DNA from: Candidatus Cloacimonadales bacterium
Lineage (GTDB): Bacteria > Cloacimonadota > Cloacimonadia > Cloacimonadales > JAFGVF01
Length of the DNA stretch: 64,000 bases
NCBI GenBank assembly: GCA_963663475.2
Contig: CAXXJV010000001.1
Coordinates: 1,760,001 to 1,824,000 of the forward strand
Reading direction: 5' to 3'
Position 1 is the first letter of the stretch. Each line of letters begins with the position of its first letter. This document shows positions 29,553 through 39,580 of this stretch, one piece after another. The notes beneath the pieces were generated by a model. The model made no database searches. It worked only from the letters and a program-made list of their open reading frames with translations, and had not been told where the DNA came from. A program made the position numbers and the translations under genes.

Positions 29553-30341
29553 ATGAAATTTCAGGTAGGAAACAAACAAGTAACTAATCCAATAGCTAAA
29601 GTACTCTTATTAATTTTAGCCTTATTTGTAGTCATAGCAGCCTTAGCTTTAGTAGGCTTTATTTTAGTTCCTGTGGCATTATTTGTAATCATTGTTTTAA
29701 TAATGGTAGCTCTAATTGTACCATTTGCCCTTGTCTTTGGAGCTGGAAAATGGATGAAAGGGATTAGAGGGTCAGGAGAGGTCTTGACTGAAATTAGAGA
29801 AGTGAAGCCTTTTACAGGTATTTCTCTTGGTGTAGCTTGTGATTTGATTGTGGAATTCAGTGATGAACAAGAAGTTACCATTGAAAGTGATGACAATATT
29901 CTAGGCTATATTTTATCCTATGTCCAAGATAGTATACTACATATTAACACAAAGAACAATTTATCACCAAGTAAAAGGACTGTCATTACTATTAAGACTA
30001 ATAAACTTACTAATTTATCGCTTTCTGGCTCAACTTCTGCCGAAATCCTCAGAATCAAAGAAGAAAATCTAAAAATATCAATATCAGGCAGTGGGAAAAT
30101 TAAAGGAAATGGCAAGATTGAAGACCTCAATATTACCATTAGTGGAATGGGTAAGATAAACTTTAAAGAAGTGAAAACAAAAAATACTAAGCTCAAAATA
30201 TCTGGTTCTGGTAAAGCTGATCTTTATGTAGAAGGTAATTTAGATGCTAATATAAATGGTGCAGGCAAGGCAAATGTCTGGGGTAAACCTGCAAATGTTA
30301 ACAAAAAAATTAATGGAATTGGTAAGATAAATATAGTTTAG
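29553..30341 (+). CDS. Membrane-anchored GIN-domain (DUF2807) adhesin-like protein
   Basis: N-terminal TM segments, then IRGSG and repeated ISGSGK beta-helix motifs. ATG 29553 follows GGAG. Confidence 0.8.
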   Translation: MKFQVGNKQVTNPIAKVLLLILALFVVIAALALVGFILVPVALFVIIVLIMVALIVPFALVFGAGKWMKGIRGSGEVLTEIREVKPFTGISLGVACDLIVEFSDEQEVTIESDDNILGYILSYVQDSILHINTKNNLSPSKRTVITIKTNKLTNLSLSGSTSAEILRIKEENLKISISGSGKIKGNGKIEDLNITISGMGKINFKEVKTKNTKLKISGSGKADLYVEGNLDANINGAGKANVWGKPANVNKKINGIGKINIV

Positions 30342-30421
30342 TTTAATTTAATTTAATAATTTAATGAATTAATTGCTTAGATGTTTAATCGTTTAATTGA
30401 TAAGAAAAGAGAGATGAAGAG

Positions 30422-31378
30422 ATGAAGATAGGAATAGTTGGTGCAACTGGTGAAGTTGGAAGAATGATGCTTACTTGTTTGTTAGAAGAAAAGATTGCTA
30501 TAGATGATTTACATCTTTTTGCTTCAGCGGGGTCAGCAGGTACTAGTATTGATTTTGCAGGGACTAAGTTAATTGTCCAAGAGTTAACAGAAGCAAAGAT
30601 GAGGGAAAAGTATGATTATCTTTTATTTTCAGCAGGATCTGGTGTTTCTAAGCATTTTGCTCCTATTGCTGAAGAAGCAGGTAACACAATTATTGATAAC
30701 TCGTCAGCATTTCGTCAGCTGGCAAGAATTCCCTTAATTATTCCAGAGATAAATGCAAGTGTTCTAGATGATTATCAAGGAATAATAGCAAATCCAAATT
30801 GTTCTACTATCCAAATGTTATTACCCCTATATGCTATTCATAAGGTAAATAAAATTAAGAAAATAATAGTAGCAACCTATCAATCAGTTTCAGGAAGTGG
30901 TAACAAAGGGATTATATCCTTGCTAGACCCCAAGCAAAAATCTATTTACCCTCGTCAAATTGAACATAATGTCATACCCTTGATAGGAGATATCCTTCCT
31001 TCTGGATATAGTGAGGAAGAGGAAAAGATGAGCTTTGAAACAAAAAAGATTTTCAATGATCAGGATATTCTAGTTTCCGCAACTTGTGTCCGAGTGCCTG
31101 TTGTTTATGGTCATTCGGAATCTGTCTATCTTGACTTAGAAAATACTTGTAAGTTAGACAATATCAAGGAATTATTACGAGCTGCTAAGAATGTAAAATA
31201 TATGGATGAAGATTTTATAAGTCCAAGAGAAATAGGTAATTCTAATGATTCTTTCGTTTGTAGACTTCGTTATGGTCTTGATGAAAAGTCACTTACTTTC
31301 TGGAATGTGGCACATAATATAAGAGTTGGGGCTGCAACAAACGCAGTTAGAATTTTGAAATATTTAATCAATAGGTAA
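30422..31378 (+). CDS. asd: Aspartate-semialdehyde dehydrogenase
   Basis: VGATGEVG, IDNSSAFR, ANPNCSTIQ, TYQSVSGSG and TCVRVPV..GHS motifs. Confidence 0.95.
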   Translation: MKIGIVGATGEVGRMMLTCLLEEKIAIDDLHLFASAGSAGTSIDFAGTKLIVQELTEAKMREKYDYLLFSAGSGVSKHFAPIAEEAGNTIIDNSSAFRQLARIPLIIPEINASVLDDYQGIIANPNCSTIQMLLPLYAIHKVNKIKKIIVATYQSVSGSGNKGIISLLDPKQKSIYPRQIEHNVIPLIGDILPSGYSEEEEKMSFETKKIFNDQDILVSATCVRVPVVYGHSESVYLDLENTCKLDNIKELLRAAKNVKYMDEDFISPREIGNSNDSFVCRLRYGLDEKSLTFWNVAHNIRVGAATNAVRILKYLINR

Positions 31379-31382
31379 GGAT

Positions 31383-32492
31383 ATGAATTTACATAAAATA
31401 AGAGAAGATTTGCATAAGATTCCAGAAATTGGTTTTGATGTTTTTAAAACCAAAGACTACATAATGGAGCTTTTTAAGGATGAAAAGAACTTGGAGATTA
31501 TTGAATTAGATTTTAATGCAATAATTATGTTTTATAAGCATGGTGGGGAAGAAGAATATAGACTTTTTAGAGCTGATATGGATGCTTTGCCAATTGTGGA
31601 AAAGACTAGCTGTAGCTATAAGTCTTTACATAGCAAATCAATGCATGCTTGTGGACATGATATTCATATGTCTGTTCTGATAGGACTTATTGATAAGGTC
31701 TTAACTACACAGGTAAATAAAAATATTATTTTTGTTTTTCAACCTGGTGAAGAAGGACATGGGGGAGCTTTAAAAATTATTGAATCAAAAGTACTTGATA
31801 AGTATCCTATCAAAGAATGCTATGCTCTACACGTTGCAGGACAAATGCCTCTAGGAAAAGTTGCCTGTAAATCAGGAATAATCTTTGGAATTCCCCAAGA
31901 ATTTGATGTAGAATTTCGTGGTATCTCCAGCCATATTGCTACCCCTCAGTTTGGTAAGGATGCCCTGCTAGCCGGAGTTCAATTCTATACAACTATGAAA
32001 CAACTTATTCCTCAATCTATTAATCCTGTTGAACCTACAGTTTATCAAATTGGGAAAGCACAAGCAGGAGTAGTCAGAAACTCCATAGCTGATTATTGCC
32101 TCTTTCAAGGAACTCATCGAACCTTGACTGTTGAAAATCGAGATAAAATAAATCAGATTATGGAGAATGTAGCTCTAAATACTGCCAAAGCCCATGATCT
32201 AGATGTTCAAGTTAAGCTACTAGGAACCTTTGATCCTGTGATTAATGATAATGACTTATATAATAAATTCTACCAGGTAATTAAAGATACTGATTACACT
32301 TTTGAAGAATGCAATTATACCATGACTGGCGAAGATTTCGGATACTTTACAAGTTATTATAAAGGGCTACTTTTTTGGTTAGGGTCTGGTGATATGGAAA
32401 ATAATCTCCATTCTGATAAATTTTTGCCTAAAAATCAAGCAATTGAGGTAGGAGTAAATGTTATGTGGGAATTGCTAAACTCTAAGTATTAG
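31383..32492 (+). CDS. M20 amidohydrolase, probable N-acetyl-diaminopimelate deacetylase
   Basis: LHKIPE, RADMDALP, MHACGHD, FQPGEEG and TGEDFG motifs. Cotranscribed with asd. Confidence 0.8.
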   Translation: MNLHKIREDLHKIPEIGFDVFKTKDYIMELFKDEKNLEIIELDFNAIIMFYKHGGEEEYRLFRADMDALPIVEKTSCSYKSLHSKSMHACGHDIHMSVLIGLIDKVLTTQVNKNIIFVFQPGEEGHGGALKIIESKVLDKYPIKECYALHVAGQMPLGKVACKSGIIFGIPQEFDVEFRGISSHIATPQFGKDALLAGVQFYTTMKQLIPQSINPVEPTVYQIGKAQAGVVRNSIADYCLFQGTHRTLTVENRDKINQIMENVALNTAKAHDLDVQVKLLGTFDPVINDNDLYNKFYQVIKDTDYTFEECNYTMTGEDFGYFTSYYKGLLFWLGSGDMENNLHSDKFLPKNQAIEVGVNVMWELLNSKY

Positions 32493-32508
32493 GATAATAT
32501 TCGTAAGG

Positions 32509-32833
32509 GAGATAGAGAGATAGAGAGATGGAGAGATAGAGAGATAGAGAGACACAGATTGATTCTTTACACGAATTAACACGAATTAGAACGAATTTCA
32601 CGAATAAGAAAAGCTCTTTAACACAGAGTTCATAGAGGTAAAGAGGAGTTTCACAGAGTTTTTTTTGCATAAATCTACCTTGCTAAAAGCCTGCCCGTCT
32701 TTGGGTCGCGGGATTCTAGCCCGCGGTTATGCAGATTACAAGTGGTTACGGGAATGGGTCGCGGGATTGTCTCTTAATTCCCCTTTCAGCTCGTAAGAGC
32801 GGTATGAGAGGGGTGCCGTAAGGCGGGGAGAGT
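32509..32833 (+). repeat. Repeat mosaic: (GAGATAGA)5, CACGAATT heptad repeats, CACAGAG..CACAGAG unit, GGGTCGCGGG hairpin, intact repeat A
   Basis: Direct inspection. The CACGAATT/CACAGAG block recurs at 38993-39126 and the CACAGAG unit at 39581-39619. Confidence 0.8.
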
Positions 32834-32884
32834 CTTAATGTGTCATATCCAGTGAAAAGACTTTGTTACCAATATACAATCATT

Positions 32885-32982
32885 ATAAAATGTCAGGAAA
32901 ACCTAAAGAAGTGCAATATTATCTATTTCTTTAAGAATAAACTATTGAAGAAGGTGTCTTGATGATTGATGTAGAGTCTCCA
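32885..32982 (+). repeat. Hairpin repeat C, copy 3
   Basis: Similar to 1104-1198. Confidence 0.85.
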
Positions 32983-33099
32983 ATGTTAGATCAAATTCAC
33001 TTTGAAAATATTTCTTGACTAATAAGAGGCAAAAAATTAAATTTTAAATTACAGTAAATATGTTACTGATTCTTAAGGTAAATATTCAAAGGTTAGCTA

Positions 33100-36000
33100 A
33101 TGGTTAAAACATTTAATAATAAAACAGAAAAGGTTGGTGATGATTTAAAGCTATTGATAACAAAGGATAGTGAAGTTGAAATAGCTGCTCATATATTTTC
33201 AATTTATGGTTATGAATACCTGAAGAAAGAGTTAGCCAGACTTGCAAAATTCAAGTTTATTTTTACAGATCCCACCTTTATAGAAGTTGATAGTAGCAAG
33301 AAAGAGCTTAAGCAATTTCTCATTAGCAAGACTTTAAGGCAGAAATCAGTTAGTGGCTCAGATTTTGAAATAAATCTCAAGAACAAGCTTCACGGGCGTT
33401 CCATAGCCCGTGAATGTCGTAAATGGATAGAAGAAAAAGTAAGCTTTAAAACAAACAAGGGTAATAATTTTATTCAGACTCAAGCCATTGTTAGAAATGC
33501 TGATAAGGCTTCTGTTTATTTAGGCATTAATGAATTCTCTTCAACTGGTTTAGGTTATGAAAAAGACAATGCAATTTTAAATCAAGTCATTAGGATTGAT
33601 GATGAATTTACTTGCAAACAGTATCTACAAAACTTTCAAGAAGTGTGGAATAATGATGATTTATTAGAGGATGTTACAAGTCAAGTTACCTCTTATATTA
33701 CTAATTTATACAAGGAAAACTCACCTGAATTTATTTATTATTTAACACTTTACAACATCTTTGATGAATTTTTAGAAGATATCTCGGAAGATGAACTTGC
33801 TAATGAAAAGACTGGTTTTAAGAATTCGGTAGTATGGAACACTCTTTATGACTTCCAGAAGGATGCAGTCTTAGGCATTATCAACAAGCTTGAAAAGCAC
33901 AATGGTTGTATTCTTGCTGATTCTGTGGGCTTAGGTAAGACTTTTACAGCCTTAGGAGTTATGAAGTATTATCAAGAAAGAAACAGAACTATTTTAGTAT
34001 TATGCCCTAAGAAACTGGGTGATAACTGGCGAACTTTCTTAAATAATTATGAAGATAATCCCCTCTTAAAAGATAGATTTAATTATGATGTCTTATACCA
34101 TACTGACTTGCTGAGAGAAAGTGGAGAGTCTGGAGGGATTGATCTTTCCAGAATAAACTGGTCCACCTATGATTTAGTAGTAATTGATGAATCTCATAAT
34201 TTCCGTAATAACTCTCCTCGCAAAGATAGGATGACCAGATATCAAAAGCTCTTGCAGGATGTTGTAAAAGCAGGGGTTAAGACAAAGATTCTAATGCTTT
34301 CAGCTACTCCGGTAAATAACAGGTTTACCGATTTAAAGAACCAACTTGCCTTAGCTTTCGAAGGTCAAACAAATATTATAAATTCATCTTTAGAATTAGA
34401 TAAATCAATAGAAACAATACTGAAAAATGCCCAAACTATTTTTAACGAATGGTATAAACTACCACTTGCAGAGAGAAGTAGCAAAAAGTTATTAAAAGAA
34501 TTAAATAACAATTTTGATTTTTTCAAATTATTAGATAGTGTTACTATAGCCAGATCACGAAAGCATATTGAAAAATATTATAATATGCAGGAAATTGGAA
34601 AGTTTCCTAATCGTTTAAAACCTATAACTATTAGAGCTAATATCACCAATTTACCTGATTTCATGGAAATAAATGAATTATACAGTGAGTTATCTAAGTT
34701 AAATATGTCTATCTATTCTCCTATGCTCTACATCCTTCCTGCAAAACATGAATTTTATAGCGAACTCTATGATACCAGATTGAATAAAAATGTTAAATTT
34801 ACTCAATCACAACGTGAGGAAAGTTTGCAAAATCTAATGAGGGTAAATCTTCTTAAAAGACTTGAATCTTCTGTTGATTCTTTTAGGAAAACCCTGCAAA
34901 AGTTTATTGAGGGGATAGAAAATACTCTTGATAAAATAAATGATTTTGAGCAAGGAGGAGGAGAAAGTTATACTGAACACAAGTTAGTTGAAGATTATGA
35001 TTTAGACCAAGATATGGATGACTGGTTAGATAATGATTTTTCTATTGGTGGCAAGGTGAAAATCAATATAGCAGATATGAACACTTCAGGCTGGAAAGAT
35101 GACTTAGAATGGGACCTGTATATTGCTAAGTCCCTCCTAACAGAAATGAATAGAGTTACCCCAGATAATGATGCTAAGTTAACAGAATTAAAGTCTCTCA
35201 TAAGACAAAAACTTGCTAAACCAATAAACCCCAATAATAAAAAAGTGCTAATATTCTCTGCTTTTGCTGATACAGTAGATTACCTTTATGACAACTTAGC
35301 CCCCTATTTGAAAAGAGAGCATAAGTTAGAATCTGCCAAGATAACTGGTTCAGATGCCAATAAATCTACCTTGAAAATTAAAAATTCTTTTAACAACTTA
35401 CTTATCAACTTTTCCCCTCTTTCTAAAGGAAGAAGAGACAATTCTCAGGCTGAGCTAGATATTCTTTTTGCTACTGATTGTATTTCAGAAGGACAGAACT
35501 TACAAGATTGTGATACTTTGATAAATTACGACATTCATTGGAATCCAGTCAGGATTATTCAACGCTTTGGCAGAATAGATAGGATTGGTTCTATCAATAA
35601 AGATATCCAGTTAATCAACTTCTGGCCTCAACTCTCCTTGGATGATTATATAAATCTAAAGAATAGGGTAGAGCAGAAGATGTACATGGTAGATGCAACA
35701 GCTACTGGGGAAGATAATGTTTTAACTAATGAATCATCAGATTTGCTCTTTAGGAAAAAACAGCTGGAACGCTTACAAAGTGAGGTTGTGGATATCGAAG
35801 AAATGGATACAGGTGTTTCTCTTACTGATTTAGGGCTTAATGATTTCAGAATGGACTTAGTATCTTATATAAAAGAAAATGGAAGCTTAGAAAATGTGCC
35901 TAATGGCTTGCATTCTGTCTGCTTGAAAGATATGGAAAAGACTATTGTCCCTGGAGTTATTTATGTCTTAAAAAACATAAATCCAGACGTGAATATAGAT

Positions 36001-36348
36001 AAAAGCAACCAACTCCACCCCTTCTATCTAATCTATTTAGCTAAAGATGGGCAGGTTATTTCTAATCACTTGAGTGTTAAAAATACCTTAGATATTTTGA
36101 GATTACTTTGTAAGGGCACATCACAAGCAATACCTCAAGCCTTTGACTTATTTAATGAAGAAACAGATGATGGTAAAAATATGGAGACCTACTCAGACTT
36201 GTTAAATCAGGCTATTGAGTCAATCTTGGATGTCAAAGACCAATCTGCAATTGATTCTCTCTTTACTCCTGGAGGAACTTCAGCTTTAACCAACCAAATA
36301 AAAGGCTTGGAAGATTTTGAACTCTTAAGCTTCATCGTAATTAACTAA
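33100..36348 (+). CDS. SNF2/SF2 helicase with N-terminal degenerate PLD-like domain
   Basis: LADSVGLGKT, VIDESHNFRN, LSATP, TDCISEGQNLQD and WNPVRIIQRFGRIDRIGS motifs. Confidence 0.88.
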   Translation: MVKTFNNKTEKVGDDLKLLITKDSEVEIAAHIFSIYGYEYLKKELARLAKFKFIFTDPTFIEVDSSKKELKQFLISKTLRQKSVSGSDFEINLKNKLHGRSIARECRKWIEEKVSFKTNKGNNFIQTQAIVRNADKASVYLGINEFSSTGLGYEKDNAILNQVIRIDDEFTCKQYLQNFQEVWNNDDLLEDVTSQVTSYITNLYKENSPEFIYYLTLYNIFDEFLEDISEDELANEKTGFKNSVVWNTLYDFQKDAVLGIINKLEKHNGCILADSVGLGKTFTALGVMKYYQERNRTILVLCPKKLGDNWRTFLNNYEDNPLLKDRFNYDVLYHTDLLRESGESGGIDLSRINWSTYDLVVIDESHNFRNNSPRKDRMTRYQKLLQDVVKAGVKTKILMLSATPVNNRFTDLKNQLALAFEGQTNIINSSLELDKSIETILKNAQTIFNEWYKLPLAERSSKKLLKELNNNFDFFKLLDSVTIARSRKHIEKYYNMQEIGKFPNRLKPITIRANITNLPDFMEINELYSELSKLNMSIYSPMLYILPAKHEFYSELYDTRLNKNVKFTQSQREESLQNLMRVNLLKRLESSVDSFRKTLQKFIEGIENTLDKINDFEQGGGESYTEHKLVEDYDLDQDMDDWLDNDFSIGGKVKINIADMNTSGWKDDLEWDLYIAKSLLTEMNRVTPDNDAKLTELKSLIRQKLAKPINPNNKKVLIFSAFADTVDYLYDNLAPYLKREHKLESAKITGSDANKSTLKIKNSFNNLLINFSPLSKGRRDNSQAELDILFATDCISEGQNLQDCDTLINYDIHWNPVRIIQRFGRIDRIGSINKDIQLINFWPQLSLDDYINLKNRVEQKMYMVDATATGEDNVLTNESSDLLFRKKQLERLQSEVVDIEEMDTGVSLTDLGLNDFRMDLVSYIKENGSLENVPNGLHSVCLKDMEKTIVPGVIYVLKNINPDVNIDKSNQLHPFYLIYLAKDGQVISNHLSVKNTLDILRLLCKGTSQAIPQAFDLFNEETDDGKNMETYSDLLNQAIESILDVKDQSAIDSLFTPGGTSALTNQIKGLEDFELLSFIVIN

Positions 36349-36350
36349 AT

Positions 36351-36980
36351 ATGAACATCAAGCTTAATCTACCTAATTCAGCCTATTTTAACAAGTTTAT
36401 CCCTAAGAGTAAATTCTATGAAAAAGCTGGAATAAATTCTAAACTGCAAGCTGAATTTGTCGATAAGATACAGAGAATTACTTGGAAATATAAATTAGCT
36501 GAATCTACTATTAATATTGCTAAAAGTCCCAAAGTCCAAGAGATTCAGATTTTTGAGCTTCAACTTAAAGACAAGTACCAACCAATCAGAATTCTCACAG
36601 CCATAGATAAGGCAATTCCCTACCCAATTCTCTATATCCTAAGTTATAAAGAGTCCCATGCTTTTGCCATAGCCTACGATGATGAATACATCAAAAATAG
36701 ATACTATTTCTCAGACTGGGATCAAGAAATTAACTTTGATTTTACCGGACTTGACTTAGAGAAAGTCTATCAAAAATTAGTAAGAGCCTTATTAGCTAAT
36801 GATAAACCACATATTGAAGTAAAGCAAGCTATTAATTATGATTATCAAATAAGTATTTTAGAAAATAGAATAGATAAGTTGACACAAAAGCTGAAAAGAA
36901 CTAAACAGTTTAATAAGCAAATTGAAATAAACAAAGAACTTATTATAGAAAAAGATAAACTGACCAAGCTGAAAGGATAA
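36351..36980 (+). CDS. DUF4391 family protein
   Basis: IPKSKFY...WKYKLA..TINI...EIQIF...IDKAIPYP and KQFNKQIEIN. Typical position between helicase and Mod. Confidence 0.8.
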   Translation: MNIKLNLPNSAYFNKFIPKSKFYEKAGINSKLQAEFVDKIQRITWKYKLAESTINIAKSPKVQEIQIFELQLKDKYQPIRILTAIDKAIPYPILYILSYKESHAFAIAYDDEYIKNRYYFSDWDQEINFDFTGLDLEKVYQKLVRALLANDKPHIEVKQAINYDYQISILENRIDKLTQKLKRTKQFNKQIEINKELIIEKDKLTKLKG

Positions 36981-36983
36981 ATT

Positions 36984-38963
36984 ATGGAAAAACTTAAAAT
37001 GCAAAGCCCTGATAAAATAGATAAAAGTATAGAGGAAATTGCTAAGCTCTTTCCTCATGTCATTACTGAAAGTAAAGACCAAGAAGGTAATATCACTAAG
37101 GCAATTGACTTTAATCTCCTAAAACAAAGCCTATCCTCTGTCTTAGTAGAAGATGATGCTGAACGCTATAGACTTGACTGGCCTGGGAAAAAAGCTTCCC
37201 TGCTCAAAGCTAATAGCCCAATAAATAAAACCCTCAGACCCTGCCGAGAAGAGAGTGTAAATTTTGACACAACAGAAAATCTCTATTTAGAAGGAGATAA
37301 CTTCCAAGTTCTGAAAATTCTCCAAGAAAGCTACCTCAACAAGGTTAAGATGATCTATATCGACCCTCCTTATAATACAGGTAAGGACTTTGTCTATACA
37401 GATAATTTTAGAGTAGCTAAAGAAGATTATGAAGAAGAAATTGGGCTTTATGATGAAGAAGGAGGTAAACTCTTTCGTAATACTGATACTAATGGCAGGT
37501 TTCACTCAGACTGGTTGTCTATGATGTATGAAAGACTTATTGTTGCTCGAGATTTACTCAAAGATGATGGGGTTATCTTTATTTCTATTGATGATAATGA
37601 AGTCCATAATTTGAGAAAGATTTGTGATGAGGTTTTTGGGGAAGAGAATTTTGTGGCTATACTACCAACAATCATGAATCTTAAAGGAAATAATGACCAA
37701 TATGCTTTTGCTGGTACTCATGAGCATACAATGGTATATACCAAAAAATATTCTGAAAGTAAATTCTATGAATATTATATACCTAAAGAAGAACTAGGAG
37801 ATTGGAAAAAAGATGAATATGGTATTTATAAAAAAGGAGCAAATCTAAAAGCTACTGGTATTAATGCACCAAGATCAAAAAGACCTAATCTTTTTTTCCC
37901 ACTCTATATAAGTGAAAAAAATGAAATATCTTTAAAAGCAAAGACAGGTTATCAAGAAATTTACCCTCTAACTGAAGGACAAGAAATGTCATGGAGATGG
38001 TCAAAAGAAAAATTTGAGAATGAACTTTATAATGTTATAGTATCGAAATCAAACGGAGAATTTTCAATTTATAAAAAACAAAGAAATCAAAATAACCTTA
38101 AACCAACAAAAAAACCAAAATCTATTTTTATTAAACCTGAATATAGTAGCGGAAATGGAACTCAGTTATTGAAAAATATGTTTGAAGGGAAAATATTTGA
38201 TTTTCCTAAGCCTCTTTTATTGATATACGACTTTTTAACTATAGGTTCTAGAAATGAAGACATCATCCTCGATTTCTTCTCTGGTTCAGCAACCACAGCC
38301 CACGCCGTAATGCAATTAAATGCAGAAGATGGAGGCAAGCGTAAATTCATAATGGTTCAACTGCCGGAAAAGACAGATGAAAAATCTGAAGCTTATAAAG
38401 CCGGCTATGAAACTATTTCTGATATTGGCAAAGAGCGTATTCGCAGAGCAGGCAAGCAGATTATGGATGAGCTAAGAGCTGAACGAGACAAGTTAGATGA
38501 GAAGATGTTTGCAGAGGATAAGTTAAAGGAAATTCAGGGTAAGCTGGATAATTTGGATATAGGTTTTAGGGTTTATAAAACAGATTCTTCTAATATGAAA
38601 GATGTCTATTATCATCCAAATGACTATGAGCAGATGACGGTTGAGGATTTAATCTCTAATACTAAGGAGGACAGGAGTCCAGAAGACTTATTAACCCAGG
38701 TAATCTTAGATTTAGGTTTAGAGTTAAATTTGCCAATAGAAAAGCAGAGAATAAAGAAAAACGATGTTTTCTTTGTTCTGCATAACTCTTTGGTTGCTTG
38801 TTTTGATGATGAGCTTGACTTTGATATAGTCGATGAAATAGCAAAGGTAAAGCCTTTAAGAGTAGTTTTTAAAGATGCAAGTTTTAGAGATGATAAAGAT
38901 AGGATAAATTTAGAGTCTCGCTTTAAGAGATTATCACCTGATACTCTTATTAAGGTCTTGTAA
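36984..38963 (+). CDS. mod: Type III R-M adenine methyltransferase Mod
   Basis: IYIDPPYNTG, HSDWLSMMY, FPKP and LDFFSGSATTAHA motifs. Confidence 0.93.
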   Translation: MEKLKMQSPDKIDKSIEEIAKLFPHVITESKDQEGNITKAIDFNLLKQSLSSVLVEDDAERYRLDWPGKKASLLKANSPINKTLRPCREESVNFDTTENLYLEGDNFQVLKILQESYLNKVKMIYIDPPYNTGKDFVYTDNFRVAKEDYEEEIGLYDEEGGKLFRNTDTNGRFHSDWLSMMYERLIVARDLLKDDGVIFISIDDNEVHNLRKICDEVFGEENFVAILPTIMNLKGNNDQYAFAGTHEHTMVYTKKYSESKFYEYYIPKEELGDWKKDEYGIYKKGANLKATGINAPRSKRPNLFFPLYISEKNEISLKAKTGYQEIYPLTEGQEMSWRWSKEKFENELYNVIVSKSNGEFSIYKKQRNQNNLKPTKKPKSIFIKPEYSSGNGTQLLKNMFEGKIFDFPKPLLLIYDFLTIGSRNEDIILDFFSGSATTAHAVMQLNAEDGGKRKFIMVQLPEKTDEKSEAYKAGYETISDIGKERIRRAGKQIMDELRAERDKLDEKMFAEDKLKEIQGKLDNLDIGFRVYKTDSSNMKDVYYHPNDYEQMTVEDLISNTKEDRSPEDLLTQVILDLGLELNLPIEKQRIKKNDVFFVLHNSLVACFDDELDFDIVDEIAKVKPLRVVFKDASFRDDKDRINLESRFKRLSPDTLIKVL

Positions 38964-38992
38964 GATGATCTATCATAAGAAGAAAAGACTTT

Positions 38993-39177
38993 CACACGAA
39001 TTATCACGAATTATAAAGAAATTTACACGAATTAAGAAAGAAAAATCCTTAACACAGGTGTCTTCGCTAAAGCTACGCCAACCCAGGGAGTTCCACAGAG
39101 GTTTAAGAGGAGTTTCACAGAGTTTTAAGAAATGAATGATGACCTCTTCTGTCGGACGGTGGAGATTCTCTCCGCCT
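38993..39177 (+). repeat. Repeat mosaic downstream of mod
   Basis: CACGAATT repeats, a CACAGAG unit carrying a 31-nt insert, and a GGACGGTGGAG hairpin. Confidence 0.75.
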
Positions 39178-39264
39178 TATTTATGAATAGAAAAAGGAAT
39201 TTCGAACACATGTATTCGAAATTGAACTGGTCGCAATATGGATTGTTAGCAAAGGTGTTTTAAA

Positions 39265-39567
39265 ATGATTAATAAGTTAGTTGCAGAAATTAAAGGTGTT
39301 ATCAACTCATCGAGAAATGAGGCAATTAGATCAGTTAATTTTGCCAGAGTCTTGATGTATCATAATATTGGTAGGATAATTGTTACTGAGTTGCAGGATA
39401 ATAATGAGAGAGCTGATTACGGTTCTTCACTGTTAAAAAACATCTCGGACTCTATAACTCCTGAATTTGGCAGTGGTTTCTCAGTCCGAATATTAGAACT
39501 GACAAGGCGTTTTTATACAACATTCCCAAATTCGAACGCACTGCATTCGAATTTGAGTTGGACTCAA
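39265..39567 (+). pseudogene. DUF1016/YhcG N-terminal fragment, truncated
   Basis: RSVN..V.MYHNIGRIIV..Q...RADYG...GSGFS...FY..FP...LSWTQ. The ORF then reads through non-coding repeats to 39816 and the nuclease domain is missing. Confidence 0.8.
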
Positions 39568-39580
39568 AAAGAGAATACCC

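Noticed and set aside
30340-30400. AT-rich TTTAAT repeats as a replication origin
   Set aside because: No DnaA-box cluster or origin-associated genes. It is a low-complexity spacer.
32482-32670. 62-aa minus-strand ORF
   Set aside because: It is a translation of simple and dispersed repeats.
36984-38963. Phase-variable mod (phasevarion)
   Set aside because: No simple-sequence repeat tract seen in the ORF or just upstream.
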